A stretch of 62,245 nt of DNA, filler included, from Sphacelaria rigidula (taxonomy: Eukaryota), in assembly GCA_964200075.2 (NCBI GenBank). It is 9 parts of 9 records of this genome, joined end to end, with 100 filler letters (N's around TTAATTAATTAA, not from the genome) between each part and the next. Parts side by side here need not be neighbours in the genome. Positions count along the whole stretch, not along the records: positions 34,638 to 41,464 come from CAXNAA020017882.1; positions 41,565 to 48,391 come from CAXNAA020017883.1; 7 more parts are not named here. One strand, given 5' to 3'. Each line of letters opens with the position of its first letter. Position 1 is the first letter of the stretch. Both the position numbers and the translations under genes were made by a program. Positions 35,183 through 47,546 of the stretch are shown here, one piece after another. Under the pieces are notes generated by a model. It worked only from the letters and a program-made list of their open reading frames with translations, ran no database searches and was not told the DNA's origin.

Positions 35183-35709
35183 CTAAAATCATGGAATTGG
35201 GAAAGAACCGGGGCAATGCACACAGGTCACCATTCCGTCGCAACCGGTTGACGGAAAAGTACGTGTACTTCAGGATAACGACGCCGACCACGAGAAATCT
35301 TTTATAAACAAAATTGTAGTCAAACAAGGTCAACACTATCAGTAGAACCCGCGATAAGGAGCACAGGTGAGATACGGAGCAGCGGCGAAAATCGCGCGTG
35401 CGCGTTTGCGGTTACAATCCATGCTTTGTGCAAAAACAAACGTCAGCCCAACCGTGCCCAGGGAGTCACGCGGCGGACATGTCACAGTAGTACGACATGT
35501 ATTCAAATCGGCACAATCCAACCGAACGATGCAGCACACCACAAATATGGTATCGAAACACACGCTTAAACACATGCCTCAATCAAAAACCAACTATATA
35601 AATACCCTGTATCTATTACCGGCGAGAACCTCCACACTACCGTACAAAAATGAAAAACACACGCACAGCAGCGATAAACAACATCACCAAACTGTACGGC
35701 ACTCCTCGC

Positions 35710-35948
35710 CTGGCGTGAGCAAGGACGGGGAAATTTCGTCGCAGCGTCTGGGACTCCTGCTTCATGTCCTGCAGCCCCGTCCACCAGTACAGCCCCACCG
35801 GCACCGCCATCATTGCCCCAGCCATCGGACTGCCAAGTGCTCCCATCGCTACAGTACCCGCCGCCATGCCGTAGCCAAGCTTGCGGAACACAACTGGGTT
35901 CCACTTCTCGATCCAATCCGGCATAGAACCATCAACCCTAGCAGCCAT
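35710..35948 (-). CDS. FMN-binding glutamate synthase family protein, upstream exon (5' boundary uncertain)
   Basis: Hydrophobic segment then GLQDMKQESQTLRRNFPVLAHAR, matching the family motif G..D..Q..H.I.RNYP..GH.R. Splices in frame to 35182 through a GC donor. Confidence 0.85.
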
Positions 35949-36639
35949 ACCCTCTGCTTTCTGTCCACTCTTGTTTCAGGATAGAGAGGGTTGTGGGATG
36001 CGTTGGGGGGGGGGTACGATGACGAGGAGCAAGGCTGACGCACGAGCGGGAGGTCTTGAGGCTTTGCACTTCCAACGTATAGAAATGAACATGCTCTTGA
36101 AATTACAAATGAGCCTGTTATTGTACACACTGCGATGGGCACAGAGAGCAACAATCCTCTCGCGCCAACTGCGTACTTCACTCGTTTCACTCCGACCTGT
36201 CACGCAAAGCTTCATGGCTGATCACTGCTTGTTGTCAAACCCTCGCGGTACCTATTTACCCTACATTCAAAAAACCTGAAACAAAGCGAGAAGCTTCCAG
36301 CAAGCGAGGGTTCAGAGGATGCCCTACTGTAGGTAATTTGTCCGTTACAAATCAGCGCTTGCCTGACGCCGTCAATGAGAGCACAAACGCGTGCTGGGGA
36401 GCGCATGGGACTATCAACTATCTGAAGATACGACTGTCAAGTGTTTACGCTAGAACCAAGGACGCCATGAATTGTTAGCGCTGGCTCGGGCGGGGTAAAC
36501 TCAGCCGGCATAGGGGAGGGATACATGACGGTGAGGAATATTTCGGATTTGTAATTTCATCTTCCCCGAGGGGGCGTTTTCCTAGGAAAGGGTTGATGGG
36601 ACCAGAGCTCTACAATTGATACTAGAAAAAAACGGAGTG

Positions 36640-37004
36640 TTGTGTGCTGTCATCCCAAATATTCTGGACGCCAGTCAACACATTTCGGTATATGGGGGCG
36701 CATCAGCCGGGGTCGCGCAGGAGGAAAGGCCAGCACAGGAGCTTTGATTTATTATTTTTGTTCTAGCACTCCACCTTACTCCTGCGGTACTTGCCTCTCT
36801 TTTTTAACCGCGAGAGGGGTTCGGCTACCTCGCGCCGTCGTCGACCGTGAAGTCGAACTTTGTGTACCCGCGATCATGTCGCTCTCCATTGTTGGACATG
36901 ATGTGAGAAAAAATCCAAGATCGTGTGACTGTACCAGGATTCGAACCCACGTGCCAACCGTTAGCAGGATTCGAGGTTACCGACTGAGCCACCGTGGGGG
37001 CAGG
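36640..37004 (-). mobile_element. tRNA-derived SINE; 5'-truncated copies at 51658-51885 and 3405-3480
   Basis: Pol III A box TGGCTCAGTCGG (36991-36980) and B box GGTTCGAATCC (36947-36937), followed by a ~290-bp body whose 3' end recurs on two other contigs. Confidence 0.8.
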
Positions 37005-38550
37005 TAGTGTGGCTACGCTTAAACGATGCATACTAATACAGTAGAGGCGAGCATCCTCCAACCTATGGTACCTGCACGTACAGATTTAGCTGGCGCGGCG
37101 CACGGCTCCGTGTGTCCGAGCGCGAGAAGAGGGCGCGCAGAGCCATGGACGCTCCGACGCAAACAACCCTGCACAGTTGACATTTTTGGTCACACGAAGA
37201 CATATGCAAGTGCAAAAGCTTAACCAAGTAACGGGTCATCGGGGGCCCAGTGAGTGTGTGACCTCTCTGCGTGTTGAACCGTGAAACGGCATATTTATAT
37301 GTTTATCGCACGATATCACGACACCCAAGGCAGGTAGGACAGAGCAAGTTTCCCCGTTCCAGATATTTGATCAGTAACAAGTCATGTTCGACATCAACAG
37401 ACTTCCTATCAAGGTTTGGGAAAGTATTTTTTCATTCCAGAATACCCAACGGCGTTTTGGGAAACTTGAACTGGTAGAATTATGGCAACAGTGTTCCGAA
37501 CTCCTGACCTGCTCTCATTCTGTCATGTGTTGTTGAACCGCTGGGAGTGGAGTAGGGGTACCCCGTATCCCTGACAACGATTCGAGCAGCGATTCAAAGC
37601 GAGTTATCCACTGACGTCGAACATCAATATTCAAATATTTACGCCAGAGTAGGTGATGATTTGGAATTACACAAATCGATATATCTGCTAGGTCACCATG
37701 GCGAAAGTGTCCATCACCAGTTTACGCGCTTCAGTGGCTAAAACCGAGTTGGATTCCTTCGGCGACTTCGCCAGAAAGGTGGTGTTTACCACGGAACCAC
37801 ATGCTTTGCGATTACTTTAGGGGGACATTTCACCAAATTTTGAAGCAACATAACCCATGGAAGTGTCGAAATTCGATTTTGGGGAGGGAGAGGTACATTG
37901 GTAGAGGGGGGGGGGGGGAAGTTGGCTAAGCAACTTTAGTCTAGTGTAGTATCAGCAATAAGTTTCAGTGTGCCTGACTTGCGTGTGATGTCAAAAACAA
38001 CTGAGACTCCGTATGTTGTTCAAAACTACTTGATATGATAATATTGTGACGTCCAGAACTACTTATTTTGGTGCAGCGATGGCAGCAAGGTAATACAAAA
38101 CGTGAGATACAAAAAATCGAGCAGCGCGGGCTGCAGACGGCGAAGTGAGGATTTTTCCTTGACATTAATAATGTCTCCTCAAACAACACCGCGCACAAGA
38201 GAAGGGCCAACCAACTCTAGGTAACAGACCGGGCAAATACCGCATGAGAGTTCTTCTCTCTTGGTCTCGGGATAGGTACTCGTCTCACCAGGGCCAACCG
38301 AGTACAGGTGAGGCTCCAACTCCACCCCAGTACGGCCACAATACCTTGACTATTTGTTTTGCAGTCTAGCAAAGTCACGGGGCAAATTGCTGGCTTCAAC
38401 ACATCGTGACCCCTTTAGCGCGCGCGGCCTGCTGTGGCTCATGACAATCCCGAGGAGCATGGCGATATTGTAGACGCGGAAAAGCGACCACAGCAGAACG
38501 CTCGGTCGCTAGAACGATTTCACGTATATTCTTTTTTTATCGTTAAATAA

Positions 38551-39477
38551 GACCGTCTTGTGTGGCAACCAATCCGTATTTGTACAAATATGAGGATTTC
38601 AGCCCGTGTACATCCGATTTTCTTCCGTGGATTGATTTTTCGGACCCCAGTCCACTGGGCAATGTTTTTCGCCTAGCTCTGAGGGAACCAGATCAATTCT
38701 CCGATCCTCTGGACGCTGACTTCTGGTGTATCACCTTTCTGCTCAGATCGGGAGACTCCCGCATCTACCCCGAGATTTGGGGTAGATGCGGGAGTCTCCC
38801 GATCTGAGCAGAAAGGTGATACACCAGAAGTCAGCGTCCAGAGAATCGGAAAATTGATCTGGTTTCCTTAGGCCGCTCCTTCTAACAGGCAAAAATAAAA
38901 ATCTGGAAAATGCCTTTTTGGAGCTTCCCCGTCGTTTTTCTCCCCAAAAGAGAGCTAGGCGGATTTTGACACCTTAGAATGACTTGCTCTACTAATTGAG
39001 GCGGTTCCAGGACACCTTTCCGTTTTCCCGTGGCCGCCGTTTTGGTTTTGGCCAAACAAGATTTTTGTCCAAGAACGGTAAAAAACAGTCAAGTCCAGAA
39101 AAAATCGTCACTTTTCTCTGGACTTGACTGTTTTTTACTGTTCTTGGGCAAAAATTCTTGTTCGGCCAAAACCGAAACTGCGGCCACCGGAAAACGGGAA
39201 GATGTCCTGGAACCGCCTCAACCAGTAGAGCAAGTCATTCCAAGGTGTCAACGTCCGCCTAGCTCTCTTTTAGGGCGTAAAACGACATAAAAGCTCCAAA
39301 AAGGCCCTTTTCCAGACTTTGATTTTTTCTGCTATGAGAAGCGGCCTTAGAGCTTGGCGAAAAACATTGCCCACCGGACTGGGGTCCGAAAATCAATCCA
39401 CAGGAGAAAATCGGATGTACACGGGCTGAAATCCTCATGTTTGTACAAATACGGATTGGTTGTCATACAAGACGATC
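38551..39477. mobile_element. Palindromic PIF/Harbinger-type MITE (TAA TSD), interrupted by a second MITE
   Basis: TAA|GACCGTCTTG...CAAGACGATC|TAA. Near-perfect hairpin centred at ~38775. An uninterrupted relative lies at 49958-50388. Confidence 0.9.
38871..39346. mobile_element. Nested palindromic PIF/Harbinger (Tourist-like) MITE with TTA TSD
   Basis: TTA|GGCCGCT...AGCGGCC|TTA. Self-complementary around ~39110. Removing it and one TTA restores the outer hairpin arm. Confidence 0.9.
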
Positions 39478-42400
39478 TAAAGATCGCAGCGTCTTAACGT
39501 GGCGACGCAGCGAACTTTTTTTTTGTGCAGTCTAGCTTGTGTTTGTGCACACAGCAAGCAGGATGAGCTGCGCCCTGTATACCTTCGTATCACGCTAGCA
39601 TTGCGGTTGACGCTTACACAGCAGCGAAGACGTATGAATGCGCGACTCCAGAGCAGCAACTGGCAGTGTGCAAACATAGAACATTAGGAAGGCAGGGTAA
39701 ATGCAGTACACTTGCGAGGCATTGGACTACTGTATCGGGCCCGGAGCCCGTTACAATATCCACATAGCACGCGTTGCCTCTTCGGTCGAAACCAGAGGAA
39801 TAAAAGCTGCCTAGCGGCGCATGGGCTCCACAGGGGTCATGTAGCGACCTTGATCACCACTACAGGATGGGGGCGGTATAAATTTGCTACCTGTACAGTC
39901 CGGACCACGTTCCGGTTGGGATGAAAATTTATATTTTTGTCCGGAATTCGTTAGCATACCAGGCATTCTACTCTCATACCTCCCCCTTACCCTATAGTAG
40001 AGGGGGCTGGCGTGGGGTGGGATCGGTCCATCTGCTCTTAGCATCATGTCCCCTGGTGAGTCGCATAATCGATTCTGTTGGCTCCACCGCTCTCCGAGCC
40101 TCCCCTTCTCCGCGCGCGCGCAGGGGGGGGGAGGGGTGTTAAAACCGTGACACTAACCAGGCGCGACACTACTGTTGCTCATCACGCTACCAGAGATTGC
40201 AGACACTCCTACAACAGTGCGACCAATTTAGAATGTTAATGTTGTGCCGAGCTCAACTTGGTCGCTCATACCTTACACGATTTGTACTGCACTGTTTAGA
40301 CATGAAAATAACAGGAGCAATTCCGGTGCAGCTCACCGCGATGATGTTCCTGCCGCGAGTACTACCTTGTTCACCGCGTACACGCCCCTCCACGTAGGCA
40401 CGACCCGTAGAGGCACCAGGCCTTCGCAGCAGAATCATGACCCTCATATCGCGAAATTGTGTAGCATATGCGTGATACGTATAATAGAGATTTCATACAG
40501 TCCTGCTGTCACTTGCTGTCACAGTGGCCCGGCATATTTGAACACGATCCATCACATTGGCCCGGCATATTTTCAGTTCCGGGCTGTCGAGGCAGAACTC
40601 CGTAGAGGTACAGGGAGTAAGGAGTAAGGAGTATATACTGGAAGTGAGAATTCAGTCTACAGTCAATGTGTAAGCAGTGGTGTGATTCAGCTTGTATTCT
40701 TCCTGATGACGCCCATTACTGCTGCTGCAGAAGCCTTTTCTATGCCCTTCATGCACCTATAGGTTGACCTCAATTTCTTATGCTTCGAGTGCGTCGGGCA
40801 GCTCGCTTCATCGTACCATATCACATGTGTAATGTGTACCGTTTGTTTCGTGCCGACGTGATGGCAGAGCAGAGAAGGAATTGATCAACGATCTGCAGAT
40901 CCAGTTATTTCCGTTCTGTTTGCACATGGTCATATGCTGCCTCCGCCACAATACAACCAGCGACGGACAATGAGCGTTTAGAACAGCCCCGGATGCCAAT
41001 GCATAGCCAAAACGTGACGTACTCACCTTCAAAGAGCTCTGGTGTTCAGAGTTGCGTCGTCAACAACGAAGTGGTCGTCATCACACACACAGCACCAGTT
41101 TGTGGTGAACCAGCTATCGCCCGAACTCCGCGTTTTCGATTCTCGTGAGTTTCCCAGCAAATTGATCCGCTGAACCAACGGTGGAGCGAGGTGAGTGAAA
41201 GCAAGCATGCAAGTTCAATACCTGCTGCAGTAACACAGGCGGCTGACAGGCCCTTGGTGGTGTACGTACTGTGTATTTGTGCATTATGGGAGAAATGACA
41301 CGCCACTGGATGAATGAGCATATTATGTATAACAGTGTTTTCGTGAGATTGAGAGTGGATGATACGATTGAGAGTGGCTTTGATCTTTCGCTTTAAGTGA
41401 GTCATTTTTTTATTCCAGGTGTGTTTTTCTTTACCTCCATCACTTGCGTGTGGTTACAGCTACANNNNNNNNNNNNNNNNNNNNNNNNNNNNNNNNNNNN
41501 NNNNNNNNTTAATTAATTAANNNNNNNNNNNNNNNNNNNNNNNNNNNNNNNNNNNNNNNNNNNNAACGATTCATTCACTGATTGCCCGCTTTTCACTCTC
41601 AATCGTGTCAGCTACTCTCAATCTCACGAGAACACTGTTTCATGTGGGCGACATTGCTGCAAAACGAGCCCAACAGTGAGATCGCAGCGGGTTTGTCGGA
41701 CGGTCTCCAGTGCACGTTTTGTGGGGGGCTATCTCAGCATTAGTCAATATACTGTATGGAGAAACCCATACTCTCTGCATTTTACGGTCTGTTGGCTCAG
41801 GCTAAATGGTCCGATTAACAACCACCCCTACTTCCTTGGGCTATCGGTTCCATTGCACGGCATCGAGAGCCACGCGAACCGAGGAGACAAGGCCGAGATG
41901 AGTAGATGCTTCAGTGAAGTCCCTGCGTCCAAAGAGGCACACCCGGTCGAACATTCTCGTTTCCCAATACACATAGTACATTTGCTCCCTCGTTTCAGCG
42001 CGGCTGATCCACTTGTTACTCAGACATAATACCTGAATATTTCTAGCAAAGCGACGAGTTAAGCCCGCCGCGAGATACATACTTTTCCCGTTCAAACCGC
42101 TTGTCCTAACCAACATATATGCGAAAAAACATGCATACAATGTTGTTGAAAGGAATGGCACCTGGCCAAGATGAGTATAAGGACGGGCGAGGTATCCGTG
42201 TCCACTTCGGTCCTCCATTGCCGCCTCTACTGGAGAAAAATCGAGAAATGTTGGCACAGCGCGACCTGTGCCCGAGCACTTAGCGCGCAAGGGGGACGAA
42301 ACGCTATTGCAACCACACTGAATTAACTTGCTGGTCGAGGTCCGCCTCTCGGTATCAACCACCCCCACCCTCTTATCTTTGCGGACGAAATGTGCCTTTA

Positions 42401-43499
42401 TGGTCAAGGTGCGGCCGAGACACAATTGCTACCCAGCACCATTTTGTGGCACACTATGTATTCCGCTGTAAAAAACCACTCTCCCTGTTGATTTTGATTC
42501 ATCACACATATACGCAGTCAAATGCAGCAACCTTTCGTTTGAATAATCACCTGCTAAAGTGGAGCTTCCCAGCAATGCCAACCTTGGTAAAACAAAATAC
42601 AGTCTGGGCTCGGTAGTCGTTGAGTTTTCACCATCGACATGCATCTGCTTTCGTGCAATGTTGTTTTTTTCAGGGATACACGAACGCCTCAGTAAACCCT
42701 CATCCCCTCACGCCTAGAATCGTGCAAAATGAAGACGGGTTTCGTGATTCTTCACATGATAACAGCACTTAAAACCGATGCGATTTTTCGACGGTATTTT
42801 GTTCCGAGGAGGTATGGTCGAACGTCAATCGAAAATGAACAACCAAAATGAAACACGTATGAGAAAATGATCTCCCGATACTTTCATGTGAAGGAAATAA
42901 TGAGAAGAGGAGGTTTAGTAGAATAACACCAGGAAGAACGACCGAAAGCCCGGGGGGCCATAGAACCATGAATCGACTGCAGCAGCGACCTCAGCCACTC
43001 CGTATTCTTGTGCAGCTGGCGCAGGTCGAACACTGGACCTCGAGTGCCAGACCATGTGGTTCCATTAGTGGGCCGCTTGCGGGTACAGGTACATCTGCAT
43101 GGCAGCTCTGTTGCTGCAAGGCATACTCGCCAGAAAATCCACCGGCTAGTCCGAGAGATTAAGTAAACAGCAAGTGTATGACGCGCGCCGGCCCATACCA
43201 TACCGTCCTGCGTCGCTGCAGCAACTGATGTTCGGAGAAACCTTCAACCAGAAGATGGATTGGCGACATGACCTGCACCGCTGCAGCGGCTTGGACGCCG
43301 ATTCTACCGGCATTTCCAGGGGGTGAAGTGGCCCATGTCGCCGTAGCGATCGACGTTCGGACGACGAGACAACTCACCGGATATAAAGCTGTTAACGTTC
43401 AAAAGTGAAATCATTCAGGCAATCGAGGATGCGGTATCGCCTACTGTTTGCAGCAGTCTATATTCAGCAAGAAGCTTTGACATCCAAATTTTGCGGGAG

Positions 43500-45004
43500 T
43501 ACAACTTGTTGTTCCGTACGAGCTGACGCTGGGCAGAGACTCCACCCAGTCACACCCTCGATCGGATGGGAAGTATCTCCCGACCATCACCTCCGGCAGT
43601 GGCGCTAGCCACGCCACAATCTCGATCGGCTGGCCATGGCAACCTTCAATAGTCAGCTGAACCAGCGACGCATGTCACGCCATACCCTCCATCGGATGGG
43701 TGATGCACGCTCCGAATGTCTATTGCTGCGGCGAACGTCTCCACATCGCAATCTCACTCTGAGGATGGGGTTATCTTCGAACGTTGGTTCTCGCAGCGAG
43801 GCAGGCCATATCACACCTTCGATCCACTGGTGGAATGCTTTTCCGAACGTGAGTTCCTGCAGTGACGCAGGCCACGTCACACCCATGGTCGACTGGTTGA
43901 ACTTCGACGAAAACTTGAGTACCTGCAGCGAGGCAGGCCATATCACACCCTCAATCGGCTGGTTGAAATACGTTCCGAACTTCAGCTGCTGCAGTGACGC
44001 AGGCCATACCACACCCTCGATCGGCTGGTTGAACTTCGACGAAAACGTGAGCTGCTGCAGTGACGTAGGCCAGGCCACACTTTCAATCGGCTGGTCAAAG
44101 CTATCTCCGAACGCCAGTTGCTGCAGTGACGCCGGCCATGCTCCACCCTCGATCGGCTGGTCAAAGTCTTTTCCGAAACTCAGCTACTGCAGCAACGCAG
44201 GCCACACAACACCTTCGATCGGTTGGTTGAACATTCGCCCGAATTCTAGCTTCTCGAGTAACGGAGGCCACACAACACCCTCGACGAATTGGTTAAAGCA
44301 ACATCCGAACGTCAGCTGCTGCAGTAACACAGGCCACGCTACCCCTTCGACGGACTGGTTGAACTCCTCGCCGAATGTCAGCTCTTGCAGCGAAGCAGGC
44401 CACGAGACACCCACTATCGGCTGGTTGAACCTCCGCCCAAATTCCAGCTGCTGGAGAGACGCAGGCCACTCCACCCAAATGACGGCCTGATTGAACCTCT
44501 GGCCGAGTCTCAGCTCCTGCAGCGAAGCAGGCCAGACCACCTGCGTAATGGGTTTGTTGAACCCTGCTGGCATGGACCTACAGCCATCCTGAAACACAAT
44601 CTTCCTGAGCTGCTGGGGCCAGACCATTGAGTGCAGACTATGGTTGAACATGTGGTCAAAGTATATGTTTCGTACATCGGACAGGAGGATGGTCTCACGA
44701 GACATGATCTTCTCGTTAGCAGTGGATGTCCACACAACGCTACGTACTCGTAACGGAGGCACTCGAGATCCACGAGTGCGGCCTGTACCCCCTGTCATCG
44801 GACAACGAGATTTCTCGGCGGGATCGGCCCATAGCGTTCGCGGTGTAGACCAATCCAATTTCACTCTCATGGCGCCTGTGCTTCGACAAGCTATGCAGAG
44901 CTGCAGTGACGCCAACTGTAAGTGTTTTGTGGGAAAGCACGAGTCTCCCTGAGAGGACGCTTCGTCGAGGGCAACGGTGAAGGCCTTCAGACAAAGGTTG
45001 CTGC
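43500..45004 (-). pseudogene. FNIP-repeat (LRR-like) protein with an in-frame stop and a degenerate 3' end
   Basis: About 13 22-aa units FNQPIEGVVWPASLQQLxFGxx. ORFs 44184-45026 and 43653-44078 share a frame and are split by a TAG at 44186-44184 where the consensus has CAG. Pyrimidine tract and CAG acceptor at 45007-45005. Broken units below ~43770. Confidence 0.9.
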
Positions 45005-47546
45005 CTGGGACACAAAAAAAAGGCAAGCGCTTTAGTCGTTCAGTTCGTGGAGGACCATCAATAAAGCAAAAGGGTACAACCAGTTAGAGTCGGACGATAT
45101 TACGTCTCTAAACATTTCTCAGCAGCCTTACCACGGCGTACAAGACAATTGCAAAGCATCATTCCACCACCTGAGTGGCGGAAGGCCCAAAATTGGAAAC
45201 ATCGTTCGATCTTAACCACCAGCCCACAGTGACCCTGGACTACTCGTTTCAATTTCAGTAAAGACGGCTTTGTTCGAGTGCGGTAATGCAAATCCCAAGC
45301 GCTCACCACGTGGAATTGGGACGCCGCGACCTTTCAACTCTTTGCACCTGACCCTTGCTGTATGTCTCTCGTCAGGTAAGTAGATGCTAGGCGTGAGGCG
45401 CAGGTTGAGGTGCAAAACAATACGTTTTCAGGGATTATTTTGTTTCCGACGGTCGTACGATGCGCTGAGTTGTAGGTGTTGTGCCATAGTGTCCATTGCA
45501 CGCGTTACGCTCTCGATGGAGGTTAGACACTCTACCGCTCGTCATGGCACATTTCACCTGTTGCCGTATCCATAGCGTCCTCAGGGGTACCATTCCGTGC
45601 ACCTTTGGGAGCGTCGGTGGCTGATATTGTGCCGAACGTACGCGCCATCTTCAGCACTTCACACCAACCACTCTGTAATGAAGACATCAGGGCATTGAGC
45701 GCACGTGGAAATCCTACGTCACATGTTCTCGCATACCCAAGACCAGAGGCGTGGAGCTCGACAAATGTGCGTTTGATTTTCAGTTGATGTAGCATCGCAT
45801 ACCCATCGTTGTATATTCATTTCGCGGTTATCAACAAGTGGAGACACGTACGTGTGTTACGCTCTTCAACACCCTCGTCATTTTCACCTAGAATAATCTT
45901 TCGTTGACACCCCAGCTCCAGTATTCCGTCCCCTGCTCCCCTCCCGAAATTCGTGCAAGACTACCCAATATCAACACCCGTAGGAGCTGGTCCAGCCCAG
46001 AAACGCAACCGCACGCTGCGGGCGATTCAGCAGCTCAGCTTCGATGGTAGATTTGTCATTAAGGATCACGAGGGCATGCTTCAAACTTTACGCCATGACG
46101 GTGAGGCTTATTTTTAATCATTAACTTGGGGCAAAAAGCATCATTCAGTCTTCACGAAAAAGGTCCTTGACTCGTGATATACTCACGTACTTGGCGTAAT
46201 TTCTTCTGTCATACCCTTGTTATTCTCCGTACCAGATCGCAAAGCACAACTCTCAAATCTGGGCTGTTAGATGCACTTTCAGTACAGTGAGTCAATATTT
46301 TGGGTTTTGCATGGAGTCTTGTGCACGCCAGATGTCTCGATCGTTTAGCTATGCCCCGAAGAACTTTCGCCACAAACATCAGCTCTATCCGCTGATTGTA
46401 GCATGGCGGGGTTTCGCATAGACTCACGTATCGAGATATCTCCTTATGTCACCACGCGCGGCCATCCGATTGGCCTCGAAACTCCCCTACTGGATTTTCC
46501 CTCAGGTATCCCAATATTCCGTCCGGTTTGGAATCCCCACTAGAAGGTATTAGGTATGCGCAATCCTATAGAGACTTTTCAACATCGGAGCCTCCTTCCG
46601 AAGAATATTCGACATTGGTGTTCCTCGAGGACGAAACGGGTCAAGTCTTTCCAAGTTTGTGCACACAGCCGAAATCAGAACTTGCGAGCCTGAAGTCTCG
46701 AACAAAAATCGGCATCACCTGTCTATTTCTTATGTAGTAACTCCCCGTGCTGCACTGGGGCACATTTTATACGGGTATGATAAACACAACTCGACCGTAT
46801 GTCGTTAAAAGAACAGCACCTTGAAGTCCACGTTTTCCAACGCCAGTGCCAGGAGGGTTGAAGTCGAATCAGGACAAGAAATAACAGCGGATCCTGAAAA
46901 ATGGGGTCCATCTCAAAAATGAGGTTCAAATGGCATATCGTTTTTACAGGGATGACGCGAAACAGTAAAACAGAGCGAAACCATCTTTCCCCCCACAACT
47001 CTGCAACTGTGAATCAGTTGTTGCTAAATGCACCAAATGACGGCGGTGTACACGCGTGTCGATGACGATATCACCAGAAAGAGAAGCAACGACAAAGAGG
47101 AAGCTCCTCGTCCGTGTCCTTTGTGTGCCCTCGCTGGGCCATTTCCAATCGCTCGAGAGATTGGCATCATGCATTTTACCGGCACGTTCTAAACTTCTCA
47201 TGTGCCGGTAGATATCCCCGAAGAACATCGAACTTCGGAGAGATTTCGTCTCTTCTTGTCTCTGGAGGTCACCAATGCGAAGATCGATCTCTCTCTGCCT
47301 CTCCTTTTCGACAGGACGCGCTTCTGTGCACTGAGAAACAGAGCAATGTTCCCGTCACCGCTACTATTGTTCTCTGTCACATACATGCCAGCGAGGACGG
47401 TGCGGTGCGGCAAGAATAACAGATGATCCAATTTGGACTTGGGGGATGTGATTCATCGTTGATTCTACCCTGATATATCTGACCGTCATGATGCCCGACC
47501 ACGAGAGCCTGCCACAGGCCAGTTGGGGTGCGCGTGTGTGAGAGAT

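Noticed and set aside
36930-37004. tRNA gene
   Set aside because: Has A and B boxes but no convincing acceptor or anticodon stems, and continues into a dispersed repeat body; treated as a SINE head.
41332-41638. One MITE seeming to span the 41465-41564 spacer with about the right missing length
   Set aside because: The family is very abundant and also begins the contig at 48492. All contigs have equal length, so this is most likely coincidence.
44184-44186. Programmed stop readthrough or a variant genetic code at the FNIP TAG
   Set aside because: A single C>T from the consensus CAG explains it, downstream units also carry frameshifts, and the intact genes here contain no internal TAG.
43636-44490. 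284-aa plus-strand Cys/Ser repeat ORF
   Set aside because: Antisense shadow of the FNIP array.
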